Assembly: GCA_964057225.1 (NCBI GenBank)
Contig: OZ059897.1
Coordinates: 22,878,001 to 22,942,000, forward strand
Source of the DNA: Auanema rhodensis
Taxonomy: Eukaryota; Animalia; Nematoda
Reading direction: 5' to 3'
DNA length: 64,000 bases
Shown: piece after piece, positions 41,361-57,000 of the stretch
Layout of the letters: every line of letters begins with the position of its first letter
Position numbering within the stretch: position 1 is the first letter of the stretch
Notes under the pieces: model-generated
What the model was told of the DNA's origin: nothing
Database searches by the model: none
The model's input: the letters and a program-made list of their open reading frames with translations, nothing else
Position numbers and translations under genes: made by a program

Positions 41361-43296
41361 TGAACCAATATCAATAAAAATTTGTTTTTAGATTAATATG
41401 GACATGGGGAATCTAATTTTGAAAACCGCATCTCTTTATCTTTCACGTGAAGCGAGTTACATACCAAGTGCACATCACGTGTACATTTAATTAGCATAAA
41501 TTAAAGTTCACGTAAATTTCAAAGTCATGGTTACCATGCACCAATATCAATAAAAATTTGTTTTTAGACTAATATGGACATGGGGAATCTAATTTTGAAA
41601 ACCGCATCTCTTCATCTTTCACGTGAAGCGAGTTACATACCAAGTGCACATCACGTGTACATTTAATTAGCATAAATTAAAGTTCACGTAAATTTCAAAG
41701 TCATGGTTACCATTCACCAATATCAATAAAAATTTGTTTTTAGACTAATATGGACATGGGGAATCTAATTTTGAAAACAGCATCTCTTCATCTTTCACGT
41801 GAAGCGAGTTACATACCAAGTGCACATCACGTGTACATTTAATTAGCATAAATTAAAGTTCACGTAAATTTCAAAGTCATGGTTACCATGCACCAATATC
41901 AATAAAAATTTGTTTTTAGACTAAAATGGACATGGGGAATCTAATTTTGAAAACCGCATCTCTTTATCTTTCACGTGAAGCGAGTTACATACCAAGTGCA
42001 CATCACGTGTACATTTAATTAGCATAAATTAAAGTTCACGTAAATTTCAAAGTCATGGTTACCATGCACCAATATCAATAAAAATTTGTTTTTAGACTAA
42101 TATGGACATGGGGAATCTAATTTTGAAAACCGCATCTCTTTATCTTTCACGTGAAGCGAGTTACATACCAAGTGCACATCACGTGTACATTTAATTAGCA
42201 TAAATTAAAGTTCACGTAAATTTCAAAGTCATGGTTACCATGAACCAATATCAATAAAAATTTGTTTTTAGACTAATATGGACATGAGGAATCTAATTTT
42301 GAAAACCGCATCTCTTTATCTTTCACGTGAAGCGAGTTACATACCAAGTGCACATCACGTGTACATTTAATTAGCATAAATTAAAGTTCACGTAAATTTC
42401 AAAGTCATGGTTACCATGCACCAATATCAATAAAAATTTGTTTTTAGACTAATATGGACATGGGGAATCTAATTTTGAAAACCGCATCTCTTTATCTTTC
42501 ACGTGAAGCGAGTTACATACCAAGTGCACATCACGTGTACATTTAATTAGCATAAATTAAAGTTCACGTAAATTTCAAAGTCATGGTTACCATGCACCAA
42601 TATCAATAAAAATTTGTTTTTAGACTAATATGGACATGGGGGATCTAATTTTGAAAACCGCATCTCTTTATCTTTCACGTGAAGCGAGTTACATACCAAG
42701 TGCACATCACGTGTACATTTAATTAGCATAAATTAAAGTTCACGTAAATTTCAAAGTCATGGTTACCATGAACCAATATCAATAAAAATTTGTTTTTAGA
42801 CTAATATGGACATGGGGAATCTAATTTTGAAAACCGCATCTCTTTATCTTTCACGTGAAGCGAGTTACATACCAAGTGCACATCACGTGTACATTTAATT
42901 AGCATAAATTAAAGTTCACGTAAATTTCAAAGTCATGGTTACCATGCACCAATATCAATAAAAATTTGTTTTTAGACTAATATGGACATGGGGAATCTAA
43001 TTTTGAAAACCGCATCTCTTCATCTTTCACGTGAAGCGAGTTACATACCAAGTGCACATCACGTGTACATTTAATTAGCATAAATTAAAGTTCACGTAAA
43101 TTTCAAAGTCATGGTTACCATTCACCAATATCAATAAAAATTTGTTTTTAGACTAATATGGACATGGGGAATCTAATTTTGAAAACCGCATCTCTTTATC
43201 TTTCACGTGAAGCGAGTTACATACCAAGTGCACATCACGTGTACATTTAATTAGCATAAATTAAAGTTCACGTAAATTTCAAAGTCATGGTTACCA

Positions 43297-44352
43297 TGAA
43301 CCAATATCAATAAAAATTTGTTTTTAGACTAATATGGACATGGGGAATCTAATTTTGAAAACCGCATCTCTTTATCTTTCACGTGAAGCGAGTTACATAC
43401 CAAGTGCACATCACGTGTACATTTAATTAGCATGAATTAAAGTTCACGTAAATTTCAAAGTCATGGTTACCATGCACCAATATCAATAAAATTTTGTTTT
43501 TAGACTAATATGGACATGGGGAATCTAATTTTGAAAACAGCATCTCTTCATCTTTCACGTGAAGCGAGTTACATACCAAGTGCACATCACGTGTACATTT
43601 AATTAGCATAAATTAAAGTTCACGTAAATTTCAAAGTCATGGTTACCATGCACCAATATCAATAAAAATTTGTTTTTAGACTAATATGGACATGGGGAAT
43701 CTAATTTTGAAAACCGCATCTCTTTATCTTTCACGTGAAGCGAGTTACATACCAAGTGCACATCACGTGTACATTTAATTAGCATAAATTAAAGTTCACG
43801 TAAATTTCAAAGTCATGGTTACCATGAACCAATATCAATAAAAATTTGTTTTTAGACTAATATGGACATGGGGAATCTAATTTTGAAAACCGCATCTCTT
43901 TATCTTTCACGTGAAGCGAGTTACATACCAAGTGCACATCACGTGTACATTTAATTAGCATGAATTAAAGTTCACGTAAATTTCAAAGTCATGGTTACCA
44001 TGCACCAATATCAATAAAATTTTGTTTTTAGACTAATATGGACATGGGGAATCTAATTTTGAAAACAGCATCTCTTCATCTTTCACGTGAAGCGAGTTAC
44101 ATACCAAGTGCACATCACGTGTACATTTAATTAGCATAAATTAAAGTTCACGTAAATTTCAAAGTCATGGTTACCATGCACCAATATCAATAAAAATTTG
44201 TTTTTAGACTAATATGGACATGGGGAATCTAATTTTGAAAACCGCATCTCTTTATCTTTCACGTGAAGCGAGTTACATACCAAGTGCACATCACGTGTAC
44301 ATTTAATTAGCATAAATTAAAGTTCACGTAAATTTCAAAGTCATGGTTACCA
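43297..44352. repeat. Second 3-monomer higher-order repeat x2 (also at 50513-51568 and 52273-53328)
   Basis: The unit [A138G]-[A20T,C67A,T77C]-[consensus] repeats at 528-bp spacing. Confidence 0.88.
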
Positions 44353-46464
44353 TGCACCAATATCAATAAAAATTTGTTTTTAGACTAATATGGACATGGG
44401 GAATCTAATTTTGAAAACCGCATCTCCTTATCTTTCACGTGAAGCGAGTTACATACCAAGTGCACATCACGTGTACATTTAATTAGCATAAATTAAAGTT
44501 CACGTAAATTTCAAAATCATGGTTACCATGAACCAATATCAATAAAAATTTGTTTTTAGACTAATATGGACATGAGGAATCTAATTTTGAAAACCGCATC
44601 TCTTCATCTTTCACGTGAAGCGAGTTACATACCAAGTGCACATCACGTGTACATTTAATTAGCATAAATTAAAGTTCACGTAAATTTCAAAGTCATGGTT
44701 ACCATGCACGAATATCAATAAAAATTTGTTTTTAGACTAATATGGACATGGGGAATCTAATTTTGAAAACCGCATCTCTTTATCTTTCACGTGAAGCGAG
44801 TTACATACCAAGTGCACATCACGTGTACATTTAATTAGCATAAATTAAAGTTCACGTAAATTTCAAAGTCATGGTTACCATGAACCAATATCAATAAAAA
44901 TTTGTTTTTAGACTAATATGGACATGGGGAATCTAATTTTGAAAACCGCATCTCTTTATCTTTCACGTGAAGCGAGTTACATACCAAGTGCACATCACGT
45001 GTACATTTAATTAGCATAAATTAAAGTTCACGTAAATTTCAAAGTCATGGTTACCATGCACCAATATCAATAAAAATTTGTTTTTAGACTAATATGGACA
45101 TGGGGAATCTAATTTTGAAAACCGCATCTCTTTATCTTTCACGTGAAGCGAGTTACATACCAAGTGCACATCACGTGTACATTTAATTAGTATAAATTAA
45201 AGTTCACGTAAATTTCAAAATCATGGTTACCATGAACCAATATCAATAAAAATTTGTTTTTAGACTAATATGGACATGAGGAATCTAATTTTGAAAACCG
45301 CATCTCTTCATCTTTCACGTGAAGCGAGTTACATACCAAGTGCACATCACGTGTACATTTAATTAGCATAAATTAAAGTTCACGTAAATTTCAAAGTCAT
45401 GGTTACCATGCACGAATATCAATAAAAATTTGTTTTTAGACTAATATGGACATGGGGAATCTAATTTTGAAAACCGCATCTCTTTATCTTTCACGTGAAG
45501 CGAGTTACATACCAAGTGCACATCACGTGTACATTTAATTAGCATAAATTAAAGTTCACGTAAATTTCAAAGTCATGGTTACCATGAACCAATATCAATA
45601 AAAATTTGTTTTTAGACTAATATGGACATGGGGAATCTAATTTTGAAAACCGCATCTCTTTATCTTTCACGTGAAGCGAGTTACATACCAAGTGCACATC
45701 ACGTGTACATTTAATTAGCATAAATTAAAGTTCACGTAAATTTCAAAGTCATGGTTACCATGCACCAATATCAATAAAAATTTGTTTTTAGACTAATATG
45801 GACATGGGGAATCTAATTTTGAAAACCGCATCTCTTTATCTTTCACGTGAAGCGAGTTACATACCAAGTGCACATCACGTGTACATTTAATTAGCATAAA
45901 TTAAAGTTCACGTAAATTTCAAAATCATGGTTACCATGAACCAATATCAATAAAAATTTGTTTTTAGACTAATATGGACATGAGGAATCTAATTTTGAAA
46001 ACCGCATCTCTTCATCTTTCACGTGAAGCGAGTTACATACCAAGTGCACATCACGTGTACATTTAATTAGCATAAATTAAAGTTCACGTAAATTTCAAAG
46101 TCATGGTTACCATGCACGAATATCAATAAAAATTTGTTTTTAGACTAATATGGACATGGGGAATCTAATTTTGAAAACCGCATCTCTTTATCTTTCACGT
46201 GAAGCGAGTTACATACCAAGTGCACATCACGTGTACATTTAATTAGCATAAATTAAAGTTCACGTAAATTTCAAAGTCATGGTTACCATGAACCAATATC
46301 AATAAAAATTTGTTTTTAGACTAATATGGACATGGGGAATCTAATTTTGAAAACCGCATCTCTTTATCTTTCACGTGAAGCGAGTTACATACCAAGTGCA
46401 CATCACGTGTACATTTAATTAGCATAAATTAAAGTTCACGTAAATTTCAAAGTCATGGTTACCA
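44353..46464. repeat. 4-monomer higher-order repeat (704 bp) x3; further runs at 47345-48928, 51569-52272 and 53329-55440
   Basis: The unit is [G164A]-[G47A,T77C]-[C6G]-[A3]. The CACGAA-type monomers start at 44705, 45409 and 46113. Confidence 0.92.
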
Positions 46465-49400
46465 TGCACCAATATCAATAAAAATTTGTTTTTAGACTAA
46501 TATGGACATGGGGAATCTAATTTTGAAAACCGCATCTCTTCATCTTTCACGTGAAGCGAGTTACATACCAAGTGCACATCACGTGTACATTTAATTAGCA
46601 TAAATTAAAGTTCACGTAAATTTCAAAGTCATGGTTACCATTCACCAATATCAATAAAAATTTGTTTTTAGACTAATATGGACATGGGGAATCTAATTTT
46701 GAAAACAGCATCTCTTCATCTTTCACGTGAAGCGAGTTACATACCAAGTGCACATCACGTGTACATTTAATTAGCATAAATTAAAGTTCACGTAAATTTC
46801 AAAGTCATGGTTACCATGCACCAATATCAATAAAAATTTGTTTTTAGACTAATATGGACATGGGGAATCTAATTTTGAAAACCGCATCTCTTTATCTTTC
46901 ACGTGAAGCGAGTTACATACCAAGTGCACATCACGTGTACATTTAATTAGCATAAATTAAAGTTCACGTAAATTTCAAAGTCATGGTTACCATGCACCAA
47001 TATCAATAAAAATTTGTTTTTAGACTAATATGGACATGGGGAATCTAATTTTGAAAACCGCATCTCTTTATCTTTCACGTGAAGCGAGTTACATACCAAG
47101 TGCACATCACGTGTACATTTAATTAGCATAAATTAAAGTTCACGTAAATTTCAAAGTCATGGTTACCATGCACCAATATCAATAAAAATTTGTTTTTAGA
47201 CTAATATGGACATGGGGAATCTAATTTTGAAAACCGCATCTCTTTATCTTTCACGTGAAGCGAGTTACATACCAAGTGCACATCACGTGTACATTTAATT
47301 AGCATAAATTAAAGTTCACGTAAATTTCAAAGTCATGGTTACCATGCACCAATATCAATAAAAATTTGTTTTTAGACTAATATGGACATGGGGAATCTAA
47401 TTTTGAAAACCGCATCTCCTTATCTTTCACGTGAAGCGAGTTACATACCAAGTGCACATCACGTGTACATTTAATTAGCATAAATTAAAGTTCACGTAAA
47501 TTTCAAAATCATGGTTACCATGAACCAATATCAATAAAAATTTGTTTTTAGACTAATATGGACATGAGGAATCTAATTTTGAAAACCGCATCTCTTCATC
47601 TTTCACGTGAAGCGAGTTACATACCAAGTGCACATCACGTGTACATTTAATTAGCATAAATTAAAGTTCACGTAAATTTCAAAGTCATGGTTACCATGCA
47701 CGAATATCAATAAAAATTTGTTTTTAGACTAATATGGACATGGGGAATCTAATTTTGAAAACCGCATCTCTTTATCTTTCACGTGAAGCGAGTTACATAC
47801 CAAGTGCACATCACGTGTACATTTAATTAGCATAAATTAAAGTTCACGTAAATTTCAAAGTCATGGTTACCATGAACCAATATCAATAAAAATTTGTTTT
47901 TAGACTAATATGGACATGGGGAATCTAATTTTGAAAACCGCATCTCTTTATCTTTCACGTGAAGCGAGTTACATACCAAGTGCACATCACGTGTACATTT
48001 AATTAGCATAAATTAAAGTTCACGTAAATTTCAAAGTCATGGTTACCATGCACCAATATCAATAAAAATTTGTTTTTAGACTAATATGGACATGGGGAAT
48101 CTAATTTTGAAAACCGCATCTCTTTATCTTTCACGTGAAGCGAGTTACATACCAAGTGCACATCACGTGTACATTTAATTAGTATAAATTAAAGTTCACG
48201 TAAATTTCAAAATCATGGTTACCATGAACCAATATCAATAAAAATTTGTTTTTAGACTAATATGGACATGAGGAATCTAATTTTGAAAACCGCATCTCTT
48301 CATCTTTCACGTGAAGCGAGTTACATACCAAGTGCACATCACGTGTACATTTAATTAGCATAAATTAAAGTTCACGTAAATTTCAAAGTCATGGTTACCA
48401 TGCACGAATATCAATAAAAATTTGTTTTTAGACTAATATGGACATGGGGAATCTAATTTTGAAAACCGCATCTCTTTATCTTTCACGTGAAGCGAGTTAC
48501 ATACCAAGTGCACATCACGTGTACATTTAATTAGCATAAATTAAAGTTCACGTAAATTTCAAAGTCATGGTTACCATGAACCAATATCAATAAAAATTTG
48601 TTTTTAGACTAATATGGACATGGGGAATCTAATTTTGAAAACCGCATCTCTTTATCTTTCACGTGAAGCGAGTTACATACCAAGTGCACATCACGTGTAC
48701 ATTTAATTAGCATAAATTAAAGTTCACGTAAATTTCAAAGTCATGGTTACCATGCACCAATATCAATAAAAATTTGTTTTTAGACTAATATGGACATGGG
48801 GAATCTAATTTTGAAAACCGCATCTCTTTATCTTTCACGTGAAGCGAGTTACATACCAAGTGCACATCACGTGTACATTTAATTAGCATAAATTAAAGTT
48901 CACGTAAATTTCAAAATCATGGTTACCATGAACCAATATCAATAAAAATTTGTTTTTAGACTAATATGGACATGGGGAATCTAATTTTGAAAACCGCATC
49001 TCTTTATCTTTCACGTGAAGCGAGTTACATACCAAGTGCACATCACGTGTACATTTAATTAGCATAAATTAAAGTTCACGTAAATTTCAAAGTCATGGTT
49101 ACCATGCACCAATATCAATAAAAATTTGTTTTTAGACTAATATGGACATGGGGAATCTAATTTTGAAAACCGCATCTCTTCATCTTTCACGTGAAGCGAG
49201 TTACATACCAAGTGCACATCACGTGTACATTTAATTAGCATAAATTAAAGTTCACGTAAATTTCAAAGTCATGGTTACCATTCACCAATATCAATAAAAA
49301 TTTGTTTTTAGACTAATATGGACATGGGGAATCTAATTTTGAAAACAGCATCTCTTCATCTTTCACGTGAAGCGAGTTACATACCAAGTGCACATCACGT

Positions 49401-50512
49401 GTACATTTAATTAGCATAAATTAAAGTTCACGTAAATTTCAAAGTCATGGTTACCATGCACCAATATCAATAAAAATTTGTTTTTAGACTAATATGGACA
49501 TGGGGAATCTAATTTTGAAAACCGCATCTCTTTATCTTTCACGTGAAGCGAGTTACATACCAAGTGCACATCACGTGTACATTTAATTAGCATAAATTAA
49601 AGTTCACGTAAATTTCAAAGTCATGGTTACCATGAACCAATATCAATAAAAATTTGTTTTTAGACTAATATGGACATGAGGAATCTAATTTTGAAAACCG
49701 CATCTCTTTATCTTTCACGTGAAGCGAGTTACATACCAAGTGCACATCACGTGTACATTTAATTAGCATAAATTAAAGTTCACGTAAATTTCAAAGTCAT
49801 GGTTACCATGCACCAATATCAATAAAAATTTGTTTTTAGACTAATATGGACATGGGGAATCTAATTTTGAAAACCGCATCTCTTTATCTTTCACGTGAAG
49901 CGAGTTACATACCAAGTGCACATCACGTGTACATTTAATTAGCATAAATTAAAGTTCACGTAAATTTCAAAGTCATGGTTACCATGCACCAATATCAATA
50001 AAAATTTGTTTTTAGACTAATATGGACATGGGGGATCTAATTTTGAAAACCGCATCTCTTTATCTTTCACGTGAAGCGAGTTACATACCAAGTGCACATC
50101 ACGTGTACATTTAATTAGCATAAATTAAAGTTCACGTAAATTTCAAAGTCATGGTTACCATGCACCAATATCAATAAAAATTTGTTTTTAGACTAATATG
50201 GACATGGGGAATCTAATTTTGAAAACCGCATCTCTTCATCTTTCACGTGAAGCGAGTTACATACCAAGTGCACATCACGTGTACATTTAATTAGCATAAA
50301 TTAAAGTTCACGTAAATTTCAAAGTCATGGTTACCATTCACCAATATCAATAAAAATTTGTTTTTAGACTAATATGGACATGGGGAATCTAATTTTGAAA
50401 ACCGCATCTCTTTATCTTTCACGTGAAGCGAGTTACATACCAAGTGCACATCACGTGTACATTTAATTAGCATAAATTAAAGTTCACGTAAATTTCAAAG
50501 TCATGGTTACCA

Positions 50513-53500
50513 TGAACCAATATCAATAAAAATTTGTTTTTAGACTAATATGGACATGGGGAATCTAATTTTGAAAACCGCATCTCTTTATCTTTCACGT
50601 GAAGCGAGTTACATACCAAGTGCACATCACGTGTACATTTAATTAGCATGAATTAAAGTTCACGTAAATTTCAAAGTCATGGTTACCATGCACCAATATC
50701 AATAAAATTTTGTTTTTAGACTAATATGGACATGGGGAATCTAATTTTGAAAACAGCATCTCTTCATCTTTCACGTGAAGCGAGTTACATACCAAGTGCA
50801 CATCACGTGTACATTTAATTAGCATAAATTAAAGTTCACGTAAATTTCAAAGTCATGGTTACCATGCACCAATATCAATAAAAATTTGTTTTTAGACTAA
50901 TATGGACATGGGGAATCTAATTTTGAAAACCGCATCTCTTTATCTTTCACGTGAAGCGAGTTACATACCAAGTGCACATCACGTGTACATTTAATTAGCA
51001 TAAATTAAAGTTCACGTAAATTTCAAAGTCATGGTTACCATGAACCAATATCAATAAAAATTTGTTTTTAGACTAATATGGACATGGGGAATCTAATTTT
51101 GAAAACCGCATCTCTTTATCTTTCACGTGAAGCGAGTTACATACCAAGTGCACATCACGTGTACATTTAATTAGCATGAATTAAAGTTCACGTAAATTTC
51201 AAAGTCATGGTTACCATGCACCAATATCAATAAAATTTTGTTTTTAGACTAATATGGACATGGGGAATCTAATTTTGAAAACAGCATCTCTTCATCTTTC
51301 ACGTGAAGCGAGTTACATACCAAGTGCACATCACGTGTTTATTTAATTAGCATAAATTAAAGTTCACGTAAATTTCAAAGTCATGGTTACCATGCACCAA
51401 TATCAATAAAAATTTGTTTTTAGACTAATATGGACATGGGGAATCTAATTTTGAAAACCGCATCTCTTTATCTTTCACGTGAAGCGAGTTACATACCAAG
51501 TGCACATCACGTGTACATTTAATTAGCATAAATTAAAGTTCACGTAAATTTCAAAGTCATGGTTACCATGCACCAATATCAATAAAAATTTGTTTTTAGA
51601 CTAATATGGACATGGGGAATCTAATTTTGAAAACCGCATCTCCTTATCTTTCACGTGAAGCGAGTTACATACCAAGTGCACATCACGTGTACATTTAATT
51701 AGCATAAATTAAAGTTCACGTAAATTTCAAAATCATGGTTACCATGAACCAATATCAATAAAAATTTGTTTTTAGACTAATATGGACATGAGGAATCTAA
51801 TTTTGAAAACCGCATCTCTTCATCTTTCACGTGAAGCGAGTTACATACCAAGTGCACATCACGTGTACATTTAATTAGCATAAATTAAAGTTCACGTAAA
51901 TTTCAAAGTCATGGTTACCATGCACGAATATCAATAAAAATTTGTTTTTAGACTAATATGGACATGGGGAATCTAATTTTGAAAACCGCATCTCTTTATC
52001 TTTCACGTGAAGCGAGTTACATACCAAGTGCACATCACGTGTACATTTAATTAGCATAAATTAAAGTTCACGTAAATTTCAAAGTCATGGTTACCATGAA
52101 CCAATATCAATAAAAATTTGTTTTTAGACTAATATGGACATGGGGAATCTAATTTTGAAAACCGCATCTCTTTATCTTTCACGTGAAGCGAGTTACATAC
52201 CAAGTGCACATCACGTGTACATTTAATTAGCATAAATTAAAGTTCACGTAAATTTCAAAGTCATGGTTACCATGAACCAATATCAATAAAAATTTGTTTT
52301 TAGACTAATATGGACATGGGGAATCTAATTTTGAAAACCGCATCTCTTTATCTTTCACGTGAAGCGAGTTACATACCAAGTGCACATCACGTGTACATTT
52401 AATTAGCATGAATTAAAGTTCACGTAAATTTCAAAGTCATGGTTACCATGCACCAATATCAATAAAATTTTGTTTTTAGACTAATATGGACATGGGGAAT
52501 CTAATTTTGAAAACAGCATCTCTTCATCTTTCACGTGAAGCGAGTTACATACCAAGTGCACATCACGTGTACATTTAATTAGCATAAATTAAAGTTCACG
52601 TAAATTTCAAAGTCATGGTTACCATGCACCAATATCAATAAAAATTTGTTTTTAGACTAATATGGACATGGGGAATCTAATTTTGAAAACCGCATCTCTT
52701 TATCTTTCACGTGAAGCGAGTTACATACCAAGTGCACATCACGTGTACATTTAATTAGCATAAATTAAAGTTCACGTAAATTTCAAAGTCATGGTTACCA
52801 TGAACCAATATCAATAAAAATTTGTTTTTAGACTAATATGGACATGGGGAATCTAATTTTGAAAACCGCATCTCTTTATCTTTCACGTGAAGCGAGTTAC
52901 ATACCAAGTGCACATCACGTGTACATTTAATTAGCATGAATTAAAGTTCACGTAAATTTCAAAGTCATGGTTACCATGCACCAATATCAATAAAATTTTG
53001 TTTTTAGACTAATATGGACATGGGGAATCTAATTTTGAAAACAGCATCTCTTCATCTTTCACGTGAAGCGAGTTACATACCAAGTGCACATCACGTGTAC
53101 ATTTAATTAGCATAAATTAAAGTTCACGTAAATTTCAAAGTCATGGTTACCATGCACCAATATCAATAAAAATTTGTTTTTAGACTAATATGGACATGGG
53201 GAATCTAATTTTGAAAACCGCATCTCTTTATCTTTCACGTGAAGCGAGTTACATACCAAGTGCACATCACGTGTACATTTAATTAGCATAAATTAAAGTT
53301 CACGTAAATTTCAAAGTCATGGTTACCATGCACCAATATCAATAAAAATTTGTTTTTAGACTAATATGGACATGGGGAATCTAATTTTGAAAACCGCATC
53401 TCCTTATCTTTCACGTGAAGCGAGTTACATACCAAGTGCACATCACGTGTACATTTAATTAGCATAAATTAAAGTTCACGTAAATTTCAAAATCATGGTT

Positions 53501-54032
53501 ACCATGAACCAATATCAATAAAAATTTGTTTTTAGACTAATATGGACATGAGGAATCTAATTTTGAAAACCGCATCTCTTCATCTTTCACGTGAAGCGAG
53601 TTACATACCAAGTGCACATCACGTGTACATTTAATTAGCATAAATTAAAGTTCACGTAAATTTCAAAGTCATGGTTACCATGCACGAATATCAATAAAAA
53701 TTTGTTTTTAGACTAATATGGACATGGGGAATCTAATTTTGAAAACCGCATCTCTTTATCTTTCACGTGAAGCGAGTTACATACCAAGTGCACATCACGT
53801 GTACATTTAATTAGCATAAATTAAAGTTCACGTAAATTTCAAAGTCATGGTTACCATGAACCAATATCAATAAAAATTTGTTTTTAGACTAATATGGACA
53901 TGGGGAATCTAATTTTGAAAACCGCATCTCTTTATCTTTCACGTGAAGCGAGTTACATACCAAGTGCACATCACGTGTACATTTAATTAGCATAAATTAA
54001 AGTTCACGTAAATTTCAAAGTCATGGTTACCA
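50513..54032. repeat. Tandem duplication of a 10-monomer block (3+3+4; 2 x 1760 bp)
   Basis: The marker order in 50513-52272 matches 52273-54032 except for a private GTGTTT double change near 51339-51340. Confidence 0.88.
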
Positions 54033-57000
54033 TGCACCAATATCAATAAAAATTTGTTTTTAGACTAATATGGACATGGGGAATCTAATTTTGAAAACCG
54101 CATCTCTTTATCTTTCACGTGAAGCGAGTTACATACCAAGTGCACATCACGTGTACATTTAATTAGTATAAATTAAAGTTCACGTAAATTTCAAAATCAT
54201 GGTTACCATGAACCAATATCAATAAAAATTTGTTTTTAGACTAATATGGACATGAGGAATCTAATTTTGAAAACCGCATCTCTTCATCTTTCACGTGAAG
54301 CGAGTTACATACCAAGTGCACATCACGTGTACATTTAATTAGCATAAATTAAAGTTCACGTAAATTTCAAAGTCATGGTTACCATGCACGAATATCAATA
54401 AAAATTTGTTTTTAGACTAATATGGACATGGGGAATCTAATTTTGAAAACCGCATCTCTTTATCTTTCACGTGAAGCGAGTTACATACCAAGTGCACATC
54501 ACGTGTACATTTAATTAGCATAAATTAAAGTTCACGTAAATTTCAAAGTCATGGTTACCATGAACCAATATCAATAAAAATTTGTTTTTAGACTAATATG
54601 GACATGGGGAATCTAATTTTGAAAACCGCATCTCTTTATCTTTCACGTGAAGCGAGTTACATACCAAGTGCACATCACGTGTACATTTAATTAGCATAAA
54701 TTAAAGTTCACGTAAATTTCAAAGTCATGGTTACCATGCACCAATATCAATAAAAATTTGTTTTTAGACTAATATGGACATGGGGAATCTAATTTTGAAA
54801 ACCGCATCTCTTTATCTTTCACGTGAAGCGAGTTACATACCAAGTGCACATCACGTGTACATTTAATTAGCATAAATTAAAGTTCACGTAAATTTCAAAA
54901 TCATGGTTACCATGAACCAATATCAATAAAAATTTGTTTTTAGACTAATATGGACATGAGGAATCTAATTTTGAAAACCGCATCTCTTCATCTTTCACGT
55001 GAAGCGAGTTACATACCAAGTGCACATCACGTGTACATTTAATTAGCATAAATTAAAGTTCACGTAAATTTCAAAGTCATGGTTACCATGCACGAATATC
55101 AATAAAAATTTGTTTTTAGACTAATATGGACATGGGGAATCTAATTTTGAAAACCGCATCTCTTTATCTTTCACGTGAAGCGAGTTACATACCAAGTGCA
55201 CATCACGTGTACATTTAATTAGCATAAATTAAAGTTCACGTAAATTTCAAAGTCATGGTTACCATGAACCAATATCAATAAAAATTTGTTTTTAGACTAA
55301 TATGGACATGGGGAATCTAATTTTGAAAACCGCATCTCTTTATCTTTCACGTGAAGCGAGTTACATACCAAGTGCACATCACGTGTACATTTAATTAGCA
55401 TAAATTAAAGTTCACGTAAATTTCAAAGTCATGGTTACCATGAACCAATATCAATAAAAATTTGTTTTTAGACTAATATGGACATGGGAAATCTAATTTT
55501 GAAAACCGCATCTCTTTATCTTTCACGTGAAGCGAGTTACATACCAAGTGCACATCACGTGTACATTTAATTAGCATAAATTAAAGTTCACGTAAATTTC
55601 AAAGTCATGGTTACCATGCACCAATATCAATAAAAATTTGTTTTTAGACTAATATGGACATGGGGAATCTAATTTTGAAAACCGCATCTCTTCATCTTTC
55701 ACGTGAAGCGAGTTACATACCAAGTGCACATCACGTGTACATTTAATTAGCATAAATTAAAGTTCACGTAAATTTCAAAGTCATGGTTACCATTCACCAA
55801 TATCAATAAAAATTTGTTTTTAGACTAATATGGACATGGGGAATCTAATTTTGAAAACCGCATCTCTTTATCTTTCACGTGAAGCGAGTTACATACCAAG
55901 TGCACATCACGTGTATATTTAATTAGCATAAATTAAAGTTCACGTAAATTTCAAAGTCATGGTTACCATGCACCAATATCAATAAAAATTTGTTTTTAGA
56001 CTAATATGGACATGGGGAATCTAATTTTGAAAACCGCATCTCTTCATCTTTCACGTGAAGCGAGTTACATACCAAGTGCACATCACGTGTACATTTAATT
56101 AGCATAAATTAAAGTTCACGTAAATTTCAAAGTCATGGTTACCATGAACCAATATCAATAAAAATTTGTTTTTAGACTAATATGGACATGGGGAATCTAA
56201 TTTTGAAAACCGCATCTCTTTATCTTTCACGTGAAGCGAGTTACATACCAAGTGCACATCACGTGTACATTTAATTAGCATAAATTAAAGTTCACGTAAA
56301 TTTCAAAGTCATGGTTACCATGCACCAATATCAATAAAAATTTGTTTTTAGACTAATATGGACATGGGGAATCTAATTTTGAAAACCGCATCTCTTTATC
56401 TTTCACGTGAAGCGAGTTACATACCAAGTGCACATCACGTGTACATTTAATTAGCATAAATTAAAGTTCACGTAAATTTCAAAGTCATGGTTACCATGAA
56501 CCAATATCAATAAAAATTTGTTTTTAGACTAATATGGACATGGGGAATCTAATTTTGAAAACCGCATCTCTTTATCTTTCACGTGAAGCGAGTTACATAC
56601 CAAGTGCACATCACGTGTACATTTAATTAGCATAAATTAAAGTTCACGTAAATTTCAAAGTCATGGTTACCATGCACCAATATCAATAAAAATTTGTTTT
56701 TAGACTAATATGGACATGGGGAATCTAATTTTGAAAACCGCATCTCTTTATCTTTCACGTGAAGCGAGTTACATACCAAGTGCACATCACGTGTACATTT
56801 AATTAGCATAAATTAAAGTTCACGTAAATTTCAAAGTCATGGTTACCATGCACCAATATCAATAAAAATTTGTTTTTAGACTAATATGGACATGGGGAAT
56901 CTAATTTTGAAAACCGCATCTCTTTATCTTTCACGTGAAGCGAGTTACATACCAAGTGCACATCACGTGTACATTTAATTAGCATAAATTAAAGTTCACG

